DNA from: Nannocystis bainbridge
GTDB taxonomy: Bacteria; Myxococcota_A; Polyangia; Nannocystales; Nannocystaceae
Assembly (NCBI RefSeq): GCF_028368995.1
Contig: NZ_JAQNDL010000001.1
Span: forward strand, 64,001 to 128,000
Length of the DNA stretch: 64,000 nucleotides
Reading direction: 5' to 3'
The position numbers were made by a program, and so were the translations under genes. This document shows, in pieces, positions 44,901 through 57,684 of this stretch. The notes beneath the pieces are model-generated. The model searched no databases. It was not told the origin of the DNA and was given only the letters and a program-made list of their open reading frames with translations. How positions within the stretch are numbered: the first letter of the stretch is position 1; each line of letters starts with the position of its first letter.

Positions 44901-45976
44901 GCTTCACCGGCGTGGTCCCGTTCGCGTTCCGCTACCAGAAGTGTGGCTTCCGCGAGGAGGACGACGATCGTTGCCGCTACACGCTGTGGGGCTCGTGGCC
45001 GCTGTTCCTCTACGGTAAGGACGGCAAGGGCCGCACCAGCCACGGCGCGCTGATGCTCTACTACTTCGACAAGGACCCGGGCGGCCGCCGGTTCCTCACC
45101 CTGCTGGGCGGCGCCAACGTGCGCCCCGGCGAGCGCCTCACCTGGTACGCGCTCAACTTCGGCCACACCACCACGCGGAAGTTCAAGACCACCGTCTTCT
45201 TCCCGCTGTTCTTCCGCAAGGCCTACCGGACGCAGGACCGCAGCACCACCGTCGTGCTGCCGCCGCTGTTCGTCGGCGCCCACCGCGAAGACTACCGGTG
45301 GTTCCAGGCCGGCCTGATGGTGTGGAACTTCCGCCGGCCGCACAAGGTCACGACCGTGGTCGCGCCGCCGATCTTCTTCACCGCGCACAGCTACGCCGAG
45401 CGGCGCATGACGTGGCTGCTCCCGCTGTTCCTGCGCGACAACAACTGGGCCAAGGACAGCTCGTTCACCAGCGTCTTCCCGGCCCTGGTGTTCCAGCGCC
45501 GCCGCGGCCAGGACAACGACTGGGTCCAGTTCCCGCTGATCTGGCACATCGAGCGCGGCGAGAGCTCCGGCACCTTCGGCGCCTTCATGTGGTGGGACAT
45601 CCGCCGCAAGGGCCGCGTCACCCAGGTCGTCCCGGCCCTGTGGGCCCGCCAGCGCGGCCGCGGCCGCGACGTCCAGGTGCTCGGCCCCGGCCTCGGCTGG
45701 TGGTGGCGCACCGAGCAGAAGCTCAGCGACGCCGAGGGCCAGGACATCGGCGTCAAGAAGGGCCTCCACTGGCGCGCCCTGTTCGGCCTGGTCGGCGGCG
45801 GCAACGACGGCGCCCAGCGCTACTTCTCGCTGTTCGGCGGCCGGATCCCGCTGCGCCCCAAGGCCGTGTGGGAGCCCCGTCGCAAGCGCCTCAAGGCCCA
45901 GCAGCAGGTCGCCCCCAAGGCCCTGCCCGCCGCCGCGCCCGCCCCGGCCGCGACTCCGGTCGAGAAGAAGCCCTGA
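41918..45976 (+). CDS. Large aromatic-rich repeat protein (LFPLF(W/Y)-type beta repeats), probably envelope-associated
   Basis: Dozens of short hydrophobic-Pro-aromatic units separated by charged turns; strong GC3 bias; start uncertain. Confidence 0.75.
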   Translation: MAIASRPLVASEPTARLGGADASPRLDAPGDVSPLAEPRLEFSAGRSRVLAVSCLVGACLIALVPRDSQARTRSAALGVVAPPAPPLLPSLRAAPGLRASDLVAGLGAPLLLAPPPRTTPRRLPSESTSEAPTSEPPTEPAPEDMSGTTGSSGPAPTGSPLTRPAPNLAPPPESEEGDETEAAAPAPAPAAVAEGQLFAPIATTEPQAEPEPQEETPRLLKGKSVPPFWIDRTFTTHRTRALTLPPLFFHRNGTANHPEKLFHFNLSLTTGWYSERTAKRRWLSPAILFFGSFSERTTGWGSVALLMGYKRVGEQYSFGQFPFVWRWGNKSVKNLVVVPFHYHQKTPDSLRGFSAVLFWYGHKNTTDKDPLNDLRYFVGFPLFYRVTRGPSTVNVGVPLYLGGQNKARGVQWHTVLPFVHWQSSEYGNRKDLWTLLYVQRSDKARSQRSWAVPPLLTFSRQTPTHKLFSATPLVWRAENRDRGSVAWSVFPWVSYRDPEQRNRVLFPLFWQFGDVKSGVTSSVFVPLVYARKSPQDTRVYTLLGGGRSGKDGRWGFGITPLLTFVRNEPGGKSFQVVTPLFGHSHDPSAYGGKGSRTVSAAVLGYYSRRGERWDAGFAPLAFVGRDGTRSYQTITPLFWHRRDTDPQNPSDLWVLGPAYAKKVKSGGHGGLAPLVFAGRDDKFRYGIVPPLLFGHVHDVEAQRSRTVSLVFARDKGPDHRTLGVLNLFWDVKRPGGERHTALFPLFYRRHSEGKTLTLTPLGGAYSTPEQRTWSAAAILYGFRGIKDPDRRGFGLIPLVFYDRRKVDGGVASNVVVAPLFARHRAPSEDLDMWSPLVWRTVTRGEKPRKNLAVIPFYFRQRQPDGIDVDAGLILPFFYSRDKVRRTHTLIAGPAFHRLTRTSLNAGVVPVYWWHDSAEKRRLISLPLIFHQADKNKLEHTTIAVPLWFDRRRANGRRSWVAFPFVVGVKGQFNFTRFSLTPPIFYDIFRLHKNYRFTGVVPFAFRYQKCGFREEDDDRCRYTLWGSWPLFLYGKDGKGRTSHGALMLYYFDKDPGGRRFLTLLGGANVRPGERLTWYALNFGHTTTRKFKTTVFFPLFFRKAYRTQDRSTTVVLPPLFVGAHREDYRWFQAGLMVWNFRRPHKVTTVVAPPIFFTAHSYAERRMTWLLPLFLRDNNWAKDSSFTSVFPALVFQRRRGQDNDWVQFPLIWHIERGESSGTFGAFMWWDIRRKGRVTQVVPALWARQRGRGRDVQVLGPGLGWWWRTEQKLSDAEGQDIGVKKGLHWRALFGLVGGGNDGAQRYFSLFGGRIPLRPKAVWEPRRKRLKAQQQVAPKALPAAAPAPAATPVEKKP

Positions 45977-45980
45977 GCCC

Positions 45981-46057
45981 CGGCTGACCTCGCGGGCATG
46001 TCCGCTCGGACATGCCCGTTCGGGCCTGTCCTTCAGCGCATGTCCTCGGGGACATGC
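45981..46057. repeat. 14-bp-phased array at a convergent junction
   Basis: Cores at 45997,46011,46025,46039,46053; perfect sites at 45999 and 46041. Confidence 0.92.
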
Positions 46058-46315
46058 TTGTCCGCGCGAACGAGCGGATGGGGCGCGGGCCGTCCGGGCT
46101 GACTCGCCGTGGCGCGCGCCCTGCGTGGCAGCCGGCACCAGGCGCGTCCTGTGTGGCAGCCGGCACCGGGCCCGCCACGAGCGCTCGCTGCGAGCGCCAC
46201 CATCTCCCCACGTGCCGCTCCGAGCGCTCGCCGCTCCGCATCGCGCCCTGCCCTGCCCGCCTCTCCCCCGCGGAGCGCTCGCTCCCCGGCGAGGTGACCG
46301 CGAGAGCGGCCGCTT

Positions 46316-46355
46316 AAAAGCCCGAGGGCCCCGGAGCGACGCTCCGGAGCCCTCG
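46316..46355 (-). terminator. Rho-independent terminator of paralog 1
   Basis: Stem CGAGGGC-CCGGAGC/GCTCCGG-GCCCTCG followed by GGCTTTT on the minus strand. Confidence 0.7.
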
Positions 46356-46378
46356 ACGTGCGCGCCGCGAGGCGCGGC

Positions 46379-48139
<1,761 letters not shown>

Positions 48140-48196
48140 GTTCCTGGGGTTCTAAGGTCGTGGCCGTCCGCACGCGCGCCTGGCCGATCGAACGCC

Positions 48197-48225
48197 AGCG
48201 TTTCCCATCCGCTCCCGCCTTTCAA
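48197..48225 (-). promoter_or_regulatory. Putative sigma70-type promoter of paralog 1
   Basis: TTGAAA-17bp-AACGCT on the minus strand; same architecture at all four paralogs. Confidence 0.6.
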
Positions 48226-48276
48226 GGGCGTAAGCCCGCAAGCGGCGACGTCTCCCTGACGACACATCTCACGGTT

Positions 48277-48319
48277 AAACGGCGACGCGGGCCGCCCCCG
48301 ATGGTGCGGCCCGCGTCGC
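48277..48319 (-). terminator. Terminator hairpin of paralog 2
   Basis: 14-bp stem GCGACGCGGGCCGC/GCGGCCCGCGTCGC followed by a short U run. Confidence 0.7.
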
Positions 48320-48331
48320 ACGCCACATGGC

Positions 48332-50083
48332 TCACATCGGCTGGACGCCGCAGTCGTCGACCTCGCTCGGGATGCAGCCTTCGCAGTCCCAGCGGAAGTT
48401 GTCGATGAGCGTCGCGGTCGACAGGTACTGATCGGACATGTCGGCCAGGAAGAAGCCGACCGTGATCTCCGCGCCCGGCTGCACGCCGCCCTTGGCCGTG
48501 AACCAGTCGGAGCACGCGTGCGACTCGAAGCCGGTGCCCGCGAGCTGCGGCTCGTTGTACGTGTAGCCCGGGCCGTCGAAGTACGGGTCGAGCGCGGTGA
48601 TGCTGATCGGCAGGCCCTTGGTCGGGTCGTTCGGATCGGGGATGAAGGTGACGTTGCCGCTGTACGGATCGACCGGCGGGACCTGGTTCGGGTTGTCCGG
48701 CGTCGGGTCGACCTGGTAGGCGATCAGCAGGTCGTTGAACGAGCTGTTGACGTAGGTCGGCCACTCGGCCGAGCAGAACGCGAACTCGAAGGTGTAGCCG
48801 AAGGTCCCCGGCGGCACGACCGTCTTGAAGCTGAAGTAGATGCGGTCGTTGCCGTCGCCGCTGGTCATCTCCCACTGCGCCTGGATGGTGTCCGAGCAGT
48901 CGTTGTCGCCGGCGCCGTTGTCACAACCCATGAAGGGCGTGCCGCCGGCGCCGTTGTTGCTGCCGTCCTTGGCCTTGAAGGGCATCGGCAGCGGGCCGCC
49001 GTCAGGGTTGCCGTTGTTGGTGGTGCCCTGGTTGTTCGGCGCCTCGATGACGATGCCGTCGGCGTTCGGCGCGACGATGTCACCGTTGGAGATGATCAGG
49101 AACGCGTCGCCCTCGCGCGGGCTGTACAGCCGCTGGTTCGGCGTGGCCGGATCGTTGTCGTGGTCGAACATGTAGGTGCCGTAGCCCTTGGCCACCTGCC
49201 AGCTCTTGTTGACCGGGCTCGAGTGCTGGAAGTCGGTGGTGACGATCGAGTTGTTGGGCATCGCGTTGCAGATGCCGATCGCCTTGAGCATGTTCGTCTT
49301 GTCGTTCTTGTCGGTGACGACCGCGGGCGCGTTGTCGCAGACGACGTAGTCCGCGGGCGCCTGGCAGTTGGCCGGGAAGAACGGGGTGCAGTTGTTGAGG
49401 CAGAAGTCGCCGGGGCCGCCGTTGACCTCGTTGCCGTCGTCGCACTGCTCGCCCCGCTCCTTGATGCCGTTGCCGCACTCCGCCAGCGAGAACGTGCAGT
49501 CGGGCTCGCAGCCGTCGCCGGGCTCCTGGTTGCCGTCGTCGCACTGCTCCGGATCCTCGACGGTCCCGTTGCCGCACTCCTGCGTCGGCGTCGCCGTGAG
49601 GCAGTCCGCGCTGCACTCGTCCCCGTCCTCGGTGTTGCCGTCGTCGCACACCTCGCCGCCCTCGACGATGTTGTTGCCGCACACCGGCGTGTTGGTGCAG
49701 GTCGGCTCGCAGCCGTCACCGGCGACGTCGTTGCCGTCGTCGCACTCCTCGTTGCCCTCCTGCACGCCGTTGCCGCACTCCGGCGCGGCCTCGGTCACGC
49801 CCTCCGTCGTGGTCGACGTCGAGGTCGTCGAGGTCGCGTCGGTGGTGCCCTGGGTGTCGCTGTCGCTCACGCCGGTGGTCGGCGTGGTCGTCGTCGGCGT
49901 GCTGTCGCTCTCCGAGTTGCCGGTGGTCCCGGGCGTCGCGTTCGTGTCGTCCGTGGTCGCGTCGGTGCCCTGGGTCTGGCCCTCCGAGGCGCCCGTGACG
50001 TTGTTGCCGTCGTCGCCGCACGCAGCGAGCGCCGAAGCGATGAAACCAGTCGTAAGGAGTCGAATGATCGGTCGAGTCGTCAT
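48332..50083 (-). CDS. Surface lipoprotein paralog 2
   Basis: Same architecture as 46379-48139. Confidence 0.85.
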   Translation of the reverse strand: MTTRPIIRLLTTGFIASALAACGDDGNNVTGASEGQTQGTDATTDDTNATPGTTGNSESDSTPTTTTPTTGVSDSDTQGTTDATSTTSTSTTTEGVTEAAPECGNGVQEGNEECDDGNDVAGDGCEPTCTNTPVCGNNIVEGGEVCDDGNTEDGDECSADCLTATPTQECGNGTVEDPEQCDDGNQEPGDGCEPDCTFSLAECGNGIKERGEQCDDGNEVNGGPGDFCLNNCTPFFPANCQAPADYVVCDNAPAVVTDKNDKTNMLKAIGICNAMPNNSIVTTDFQHSSPVNKSWQVAKGYGTYMFDHDNDPATPNQRLYSPREGDAFLIISNGDIVAPNADGIVIEAPNNQGTTNNGNPDGGPLPMPFKAKDGSNNGAGGTPFMGCDNGAGDNDCSDTIQAQWEMTSGDGNDRIYFSFKTVVPPGTFGYTFEFAFCSAEWPTYVNSSFNDLLIAYQVDPTPDNPNQVPPVDPYSGNVTFIPDPNDPTKGLPISITALDPYFDGPGYTYNEPQLAGTGFESHACSDWFTAKGGVQPGAEITVGFFLADMSDQYLSTATLIDNFRWDCEGCIPSEVDDCGVQPM

Positions 50084-50139
50084 GGTCGTGTCCTACTCGC
50101 AAAGAGTACGGCCGTCCTCGAGTGCGGGACGGCGCCGCC

Positions 50140-50168
50140 ACGATTTCCCATCTTTCGCGGCTTATCAA
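50140..50168 (-). promoter_or_regulatory. Putative promoter of paralog 2
   Basis: TTGATA-17bp-AATCGT. Confidence 0.65.
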
Positions 50169-50327
50169 GCCGTCCCCAGCGCCGACCCGCTCGAGGCCCG
50201 ATCCTGCGCCAAGCTGGCGAAGACGCGCCCTGACAGGGCGCACGCCCGCTCCAACCATGGGTGATGATTGGACGTCGCGATTGTTCGACTCGCCTCGACA
50301 TCACACGGACGAAGGTCCGCAGCGGAC

Positions 50328-50359
50328 ACAACAAAGGCGCGCACGTCGCCGTGCGCGCC
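50328..50359 (-). terminator. Rho-independent terminator of paralog 3
   Basis: Stem GGCGCGCAC/GTGCGCGCC then TTTGTTGT on the minus strand. Confidence 0.8.
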
Positions 50360-50384
50360 CTTCGAGCTCAAGCCTGCGAGGCGA

Positions 50385-52163
<1,779 letters not shown>

Positions 52164-52219
52164 GGTCGTGTCCTACTCGCAGAGAGTACGGCCGTCCTCG
52201 AATGCGTGACGGTGCCGCC

Positions 52220-52248
52220 ACGATTTCCCATCTTTCACGGCTTATCAA
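52220..52248 (-). promoter_or_regulatory. Putative promoter of paralog 3
   Basis: TTGATA-17bp-AATCGT. Confidence 0.65.
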
Positions 52249-52413
52249 GCCCGGGCACCTGCCGACTGGTCCGCATCGGCAGCGAGCGACCCGCGGCCGC
52301 AAAACCGGCATGGACCAGCGTTCCGGGGCTCAAATCCGGCGAAGACGCATCATGACGGAGACGCAAGCTCGGCGGCCGTCGGTCCGCTCCGCCCGCGAAT
52401 GTCACAGTCGCGC

Positions 52414-52448
52414 AAAACAAAGAGGCGCGCCCGTCGCCGGGCGCGCCT
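52414..52448 (-). terminator. Rho-independent terminator of paralog 4
   Basis: Stem AGGCGCGCCC/GGGCGCGCCT then CTTTGTTTT; same loop as the 50336 hairpin with a compensatory stem change. Confidence 0.82.
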
Positions 52449-52472
52449 GTCGATCTCACGCCTGGACAGCGA

Positions 52473-54248
52473 TCACATCGGCTGGACGCCGCAGTCGTCG
52501 ACCTCGCTCGGGACGCACCCCTCGCAGTCCCAGCGGAAGTTGTCGAGCAGCGCGACGGTGGCGAGGATGTTGTCCTGCATGTCGGCCAGGTAGAAGCCGA
52601 TGGTGACCTGCGCCCCCGGCTGCACGCCGCCCTTGGCGGTGAACCAGTCGGAGCAGGCGTGCTGCTCGAAGCCGGTGCCCGCGAGCTGCGGCTCGTTGTA
52701 GGTGTAACCCGGGTTGTCGAAGTACGGGTCGAGCGCCGTGATCGTCAGCGGCAGGCCCTTGGTCGGGTCGTTCGGGTTGGGGATGAAGGTGATGTTGCCG
52801 CTGTACGGATCGACCGGCGGGACCGCGTTCGGGTTGTCCGGGGTCGGATCGACCTGGTACGCGATCAACATGTCGTTGAACGAGGTGCCGACGTAGGACG
52901 GCCACTCGGACGAGCAGAACACGAAGTCGAAGGAGTAACCGAAGGTCCCCTGCGGCACCGTGGTCTTGAAGGTGAAGTAGATGCGGTCGTTCGGGTTGCT
53001 CTGACCGAGGGTCCACTGCGCCTGCAGGGTGTCGGAGCAGTCCTTGTCGCCGTTCGGGACGCCGTTGTCGCAGGTCTTGAACGGCGTGCCGCCGGCGCCG
53101 TTGTTGCTGCCGAAACCGACCTTGAAGGGCGCCGGCAGGGCGTTGTCGTCGGAGTTGAAGTTGTCGCCGTTGCCGACCTGCGAGTTGACGCCGTGGGTGA
53201 CGACGCCGCTGCCGTTGGGCGCGTTGATGGTGCCGCTCGACAGCATGAGGAAGGTGCTGCCCTCGCGCGGGCTGTAGAGCAGCTTGTTGGGCGTGGCCGG
53301 ATCGTTGTCGTGGTCGTAGGTGTACGAGCCGAAGCCCTTGGCGACCTGCCAGGTGTTGTTCTGGGCCGCCGGGTCGAACACGAAGTCGGTGGTCTGGATC
53401 GAGTTGTTCGCCTGCGCGTTGCAGATGCCGATCGACTTGAGCGCGTTGGTCTTGTCGGCCTTGTCGGTCAGGTTGATGGCGTCGTCGCAGTTGACGTAGT
53501 CGGCCGGGGCCTGGCACTGCGGCGGCGAGTACGGGGTGCAGTCGTTCTTGCAGAAGTCGTTCGGGCCGCCGTCGACCTCGTTACCGTCGTCGCACTGCTC
53601 GCCGGTCTCCTTGACGCCGTTGCCGCACTCGGCGGGCGTGAAGGTGCAGTCCGGCTCGCAGCCGTCGGCCGGCGCCTGGTTGCCGTCGTCGCACTGCTCC
53701 GGGTCCTCGACGGCCCCGTTGCCGCACACCTGCTCCATGGTCGCGGTCTGGCAGTCGGCGCTGCACTCGTCGCCGTCCTCGAGGTTGCCGTCGTCGCAGG
53801 CCTCGCCCGCCTCGACGGTCCCGTTGCCGCACTCCGCCGACAAAACGCAGCCCGGCTCACAGCCGTCGCCCGGCTCCTGGTTGCCGTCGTCGCACTCCTC
53901 GGTGCCCTCCTGCACGCCGTTGCCGCACTCCGCCTGCGGCTCGGTCACGCCCTCGGTCGCGTCGGTCGCGGCGGTCGTGGTGCCGGTCTCACCCTCGGTG
54001 GTCTCACCGTCGGTCGTGGCCTGCGTGTCGCTCATCCCCATGCCGGTGGTCGGCGTGGTGGGCGACTGCGTCTCCGACTCCGACTGGCCGCCAGGACCGG
54101 CGGTGGTCTGGCCGTCGGTCTCGGAGGCCGAAGCCTCGGAGCCGTTGCCCGTGGCGCCGGTGACGTTGTTGCCGTCGTCGCCGCACGCGGCGAGCGTGGC
54201 AGCACAGAAGCCTGCAGTGAGGAGGCGAAGGATGGGACGAGTCTTCAT
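52473..54248 (-). CDS. Surface lipoprotein paralog 4
   Basis: Same architecture; start MKTRPILR chosen by alignment with the paralogs. Confidence 0.85.
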   Translation of the reverse strand: MKTRPILRLLTAGFCAATLAACGDDGNNVTGATGNGSEASASETDGQTTAGPGGQSESETQSPTTPTTGMGMSDTQATTDGETTEGETGTTTAATDATEGVTEPQAECGNGVQEGTEECDDGNQEPGDGCEPGCVLSAECGNGTVEAGEACDDGNLEDGDECSADCQTATMEQVCGNGAVEDPEQCDDGNQAPADGCEPDCTFTPAECGNGVKETGEQCDDGNEVDGGPNDFCKNDCTPYSPPQCQAPADYVNCDDAINLTDKADKTNALKSIGICNAQANNSIQTTDFVFDPAAQNNTWQVAKGFGSYTYDHDNDPATPNKLLYSPREGSTFLMLSSGTINAPNGSGVVTHGVNSQVGNGDNFNSDDNALPAPFKVGFGSNNGAGGTPFKTCDNGVPNGDKDCSDTLQAQWTLGQSNPNDRIYFTFKTTVPQGTFGYSFDFVFCSSEWPSYVGTSFNDMLIAYQVDPTPDNPNAVPPVDPYSGNITFIPNPNDPTKGLPLTITALDPYFDNPGYTYNEPQLAGTGFEQHACSDWFTAKGGVQPGAQVTIGFYLADMQDNILATVALLDNFRWDCEGCVPSEVDDCGVQPM

Positions 54249-54336
54249 GTCAGTAAATCCTGATGGGGTGCGCCCGTGAGCGCGGACTTGCGTGTCGCAG
54301 CGGCGTCCGCGCGACACGAGCTGAATCAACCGCGCC

Positions 54337-54365
54337 ACGATTTCGGACTTCGCCGATCCGATCAA
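54337..54365 (-). promoter_or_regulatory. Putative promoter of paralog 4
   Basis: TTGATC-17bp-AATCGT followed by GGCG, as in the other copies. Confidence 0.65.
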
Positions 54366-54544
54366 GCGTCGGCCGACGAGGTGTTCGCAGACTGAGCCGT
54401 AGACGACCTGCGGCTAATTCGCGGCTTTACGGGCGCCTCCGGCGCGGCGCCGTCCGTTTGCTCGACGACGACTGTGATTTACGGATCGCGGCTTCCTCAC
54501 GCGCCGCCACCGCCTGCGTGCATGCCCACGGCTGAACTTTGCGC

Positions 54545-54588
54545 CCTGTACTTCAAGACCTGTCCTAAGGGACCTGTCCTGAAGGCTC
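54545..54588. repeat. 14-bp-phased sites over the stop codon of the ComEA-like gene
   Basis: CCTG cores at 54545,54559,54573. Confidence 0.8.
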
Positions 54589-55077
54589 GACGCGAGCTCG
54601 CGGGCGCACGGCGGTCAGCCGCGCCGGCCCGATCCCACGCACGCGCTGCAGTTCGTCGACGGTCGCGTACGGTCTTCCTTCGACGATCCGGCGCGCGAGC
54701 TCGGGGCCGATACCAGGCAAACTCTCGAGCTCGCTGGCAGCGGCGCGATTGAGATCGACGGGGATCGACAGCGCCTCGAGATCGTCGCCTCGCATGCGGC
54801 CCCAGCCGTCGCCGCCGGACTGCGGCGAGGCGACGGCGCACAGCGACGCGGTGGTCACGGCGTCACCGTGGGCCAGCGCGGCGGCAGGCGAGCCCGCGCC
54901 GCACAGCGCCGCGAGGTCGCGCGGCGCCTCGTCGTCGCAGCGCAGCGCTCCGTCGACCTCGACCGCGAAATCGCAGGCCGTGACCACGAGCAGCTCCGGC
55001 GCGGCCGGCCGCAACCACGCCGCCAGCACCACGACGAGCGCGGCGAGCAACGCGACTGTCGCCCCGACGCGGACCAC
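54565..55077 (-). CDS. ComEA-like helix-hairpin-helix DNA-binding protein
   Basis: N-terminal TM; VDLNRA...ELESLPGIGP...RIV...L..VRGIGP. Confidence 0.85.
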   Translation of the reverse strand: MVRVGATVALLAALVVVLAAWLRPAAPELLVVTACDFAVEVDGALRCDDEAPRDLAALCGAGSPAAALAHGDAVTTASLCAVASPQSGGDGWGRMRGDDLEALSIPVDLNRAAASELESLPGIGPELARRIVEGRPYATVDELQRVRGIGPARLTAVRPRARVEPSGQVP

Positions 55078-55087
55078 CCCGACGACC

Positions 55088-56392
55088 TCAGGCGGCGCTG
55101 CTGGTCGGCCCCTCGTGGAGGCCGAACCCGGCGTGCAGGGCCCGCAGGGCCAGCTCGCCGTAGCGCTCGTGGACGACCACGGACACCTTGATCTCGGACG
55201 TCGAGACCATCTGGATGTTGATGTTCTCGCGGGCGAGGATCTCGAACGCCTTGGAGGCGACGCCGGCGTGGGTCCGCATGCCGACGCCGACGATCGAGAT
55301 CTTGCAGATGTCGGGGTCGCTGAGGATCTCCATCGGCCCGGCGCCAGGGAGGAGGTCGAGGCTGCGCAGGCCGGCGACCGCCTTCTTGAGGTCGTTCTCG
55401 GGGACGGTGAAGGTGACGTCGGTCGAGCCGCCGCGGCTGGCGTTCTGGATGATCATGTCGACGACGATGTCGGCGCCGGCGAGCGCGCCGAAGATCGAGG
55501 CGATGGTGCCCGGGACGTCGGGCACGTTGGTGAGGGTGACCTTGGCCTCGTTGCGGTCGAGGGCGACGCCGGTCACGACCGCGGACTCCAGACTCTTCTG
55601 CTCAGACACGATCCACGTCCCTTCGCTGTCGTTCAGGCTCGATCGCACGTGCACCGGCACGCCGAACTTCATGGCGAACTCGACGCTGCGGATCTGCAGC
55701 ACCTTGGCGCCGAGGCTCGCCAGCTCGAGCATCTCCTCGTAGGTGATGCGGTGGATTTTGCGCGCGCGCGGCTCGACCCGCGGGTCGGTGGTGTAGACGC
55801 CGTCGACGTCGGTCAAGATCTCGCAAGCATCGGCCTTGAGCGCTGCCGCGAGCGCGACCGCCGAGGTGTCGGAGCCGCCGCGCCCGAGCGTGGTGATGTT
55901 GCCGGCGGCGTTCAGCCCCTGAAAGCCGGCGCACACCACGACCTTGCCGGCGGTGAGCTCCTGGCGGATGCGCCCGTGGGAAAACCCGAGGATCCGCGCG
56001 TTGGTGTAGGTGCCGTCGGTCTGCAGGCCGATCTGATGGCCGACCAGCGAGATGGCCCGGCCGCCCGCGTTCTGGATCGCCATCGCCAGCAGCGCGGCGC
56101 TGACGTTCTCGCCGGTGCTCACCAGCTGATCGAGCTCGCGCTCGTGGGCGCGGTCGCCGGCCCGCTCACTGGCGAGGTACGGCCCCTTGCTGGCCCGGTC
56201 GCCCTGGCCCTCGCCCTCGCTCGCCAGCGCGTTGGCGAGGCCGATCAAGCGGTTGGTCTCGCCCGCCATCGCCGAGACGACGACGACCACGTCCTGGCCG
56301 GCGCGCTGAGTGGCGAGGGCCCGCTCGGCGACGTTGCGGATCCGCTCGAGCGTGGCGACCGAAGAGCCGCCGAATTTCTGGACGATGAGCAT
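55088..56392 (-). CDS. lysC: Aspartate kinase
   Basis: VQKFGGSSV, VVVSAM, GFQG, TLGRGGSDTSA, TDVDGVY, two ACT domains. Confidence 0.97.
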   Translation of the reverse strand: MLIVQKFGGSSVATLERIRNVAERALATQRAGQDVVVVVSAMAGETNRLIGLANALASEGEGQGDRASKGPYLASERAGDRAHERELDQLVSTGENVSAALLAMAIQNAGGRAISLVGHQIGLQTDGTYTNARILGFSHGRIRQELTAGKVVVCAGFQGLNAAGNITTLGRGGSDTSAVALAAALKADACEILTDVDGVYTTDPRVEPRARKIHRITYEEMLELASLGAKVLQIRSVEFAMKFGVPVHVRSSLNDSEGTWIVSEQKSLESAVVTGVALDRNEAKVTLTNVPDVPGTIASIFGALAGADIVVDMIIQNASRGGSTDVTFTVPENDLKKAVAGLRSLDLLPGAGPMEILSDPDICKISIVGVGMRTHAGVASKAFEILARENINIQMVSTSEIKVSVVVHERYGELALRALHAGFGLHEGPTSSAA

Positions 56393-56455
56393 GGCTTTCG
56401 ATCGGGACGCGCGTCCCTCGCGGCCTTGCTGTACCGCAATTGCGGTGCGGCGGCA

Positions 56456-56695
56456 CTATTCTTTTCGCGTCTTGAACAGCGGCAGCTGGAACAGCGCCTC
56501 GGGCGCCCCGCCGTCACGACCGCCGCGCCGCCGCGCCGCCTCTTCCTCGAGGATCGTCTTGATGGCCCCGCGACAGCTGCCGCAGCCGGTGCCCGCCTCG
56601 CAGTCGTCGCCGACCTCGTCGACGCTCCGCGCCCCCCGGCGCACGCAGGCGATCACCTCGTGCTCGAAGACCGAGCTGCACTGGCACAGCAGCAC
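56456..56695 (-). CDS. BFD-like [2Fe-2S]-binding protein
   Basis: LLCQC...AGTGCGSC; GGAGGG SD before GTG 56695. Confidence 0.85.
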   Translation of the reverse strand: MLLCQCSSVFEHEVIACVRRGARSVDEVGDDCEAGTGCGSCRGAIKTILEEEAARRRGGRDGGAPEALFQLPLFKTRKE

Positions 56696-56793
56696 CCGCA
56701 CCCCTCCGGGATACCGCAGCCGCAGCCGCCCGTCGACGCCCGTCGACGCCCGTCGGCGAGCGCGGGCGCACGCGCGCAGCCCCGCGCCGGAGC

Positions 56794-56828
56794 GGCCTGT
56801 CCGTTCGGACATGTCCCTCACGACATGT

Positions 56829-56841
<13 letters not shown>
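56794..56841. repeat. 14-bp-phased array overlapping the pdxJ stop
   Basis: Cores at 56796,56810,56824,56838. Confidence 0.88.
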
Positions 56842-57563
<722 letters not shown>

Positions 57564-57684
57564 GCCGCGCGATAGCACCGGCGCGCGCGCTTGTCACCTC
57601 CCCTGTCGCCGGCGCCCGCCGACCTCGGCGCCGGCCCGACGCGGGCCCGTTGAAGCCGCGCGGCCGGGGCACTAGTCTCGCGCT

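Noticed and set aside
40817-46138. 1773-aa minus-strand ORF
   Set aside because: Only the last 332 aa (YceD) look real; the rest is the antisense shadow of the plus-strand repeat gene
54565-55077. Motif as a DNA uptake sequence linked to the ComEA-like gene
   Set aside because: Known uptake sequences are non-palindromic and not phase-arrayed, and one overlap among dozens of sites is uninformative; not formally excluded
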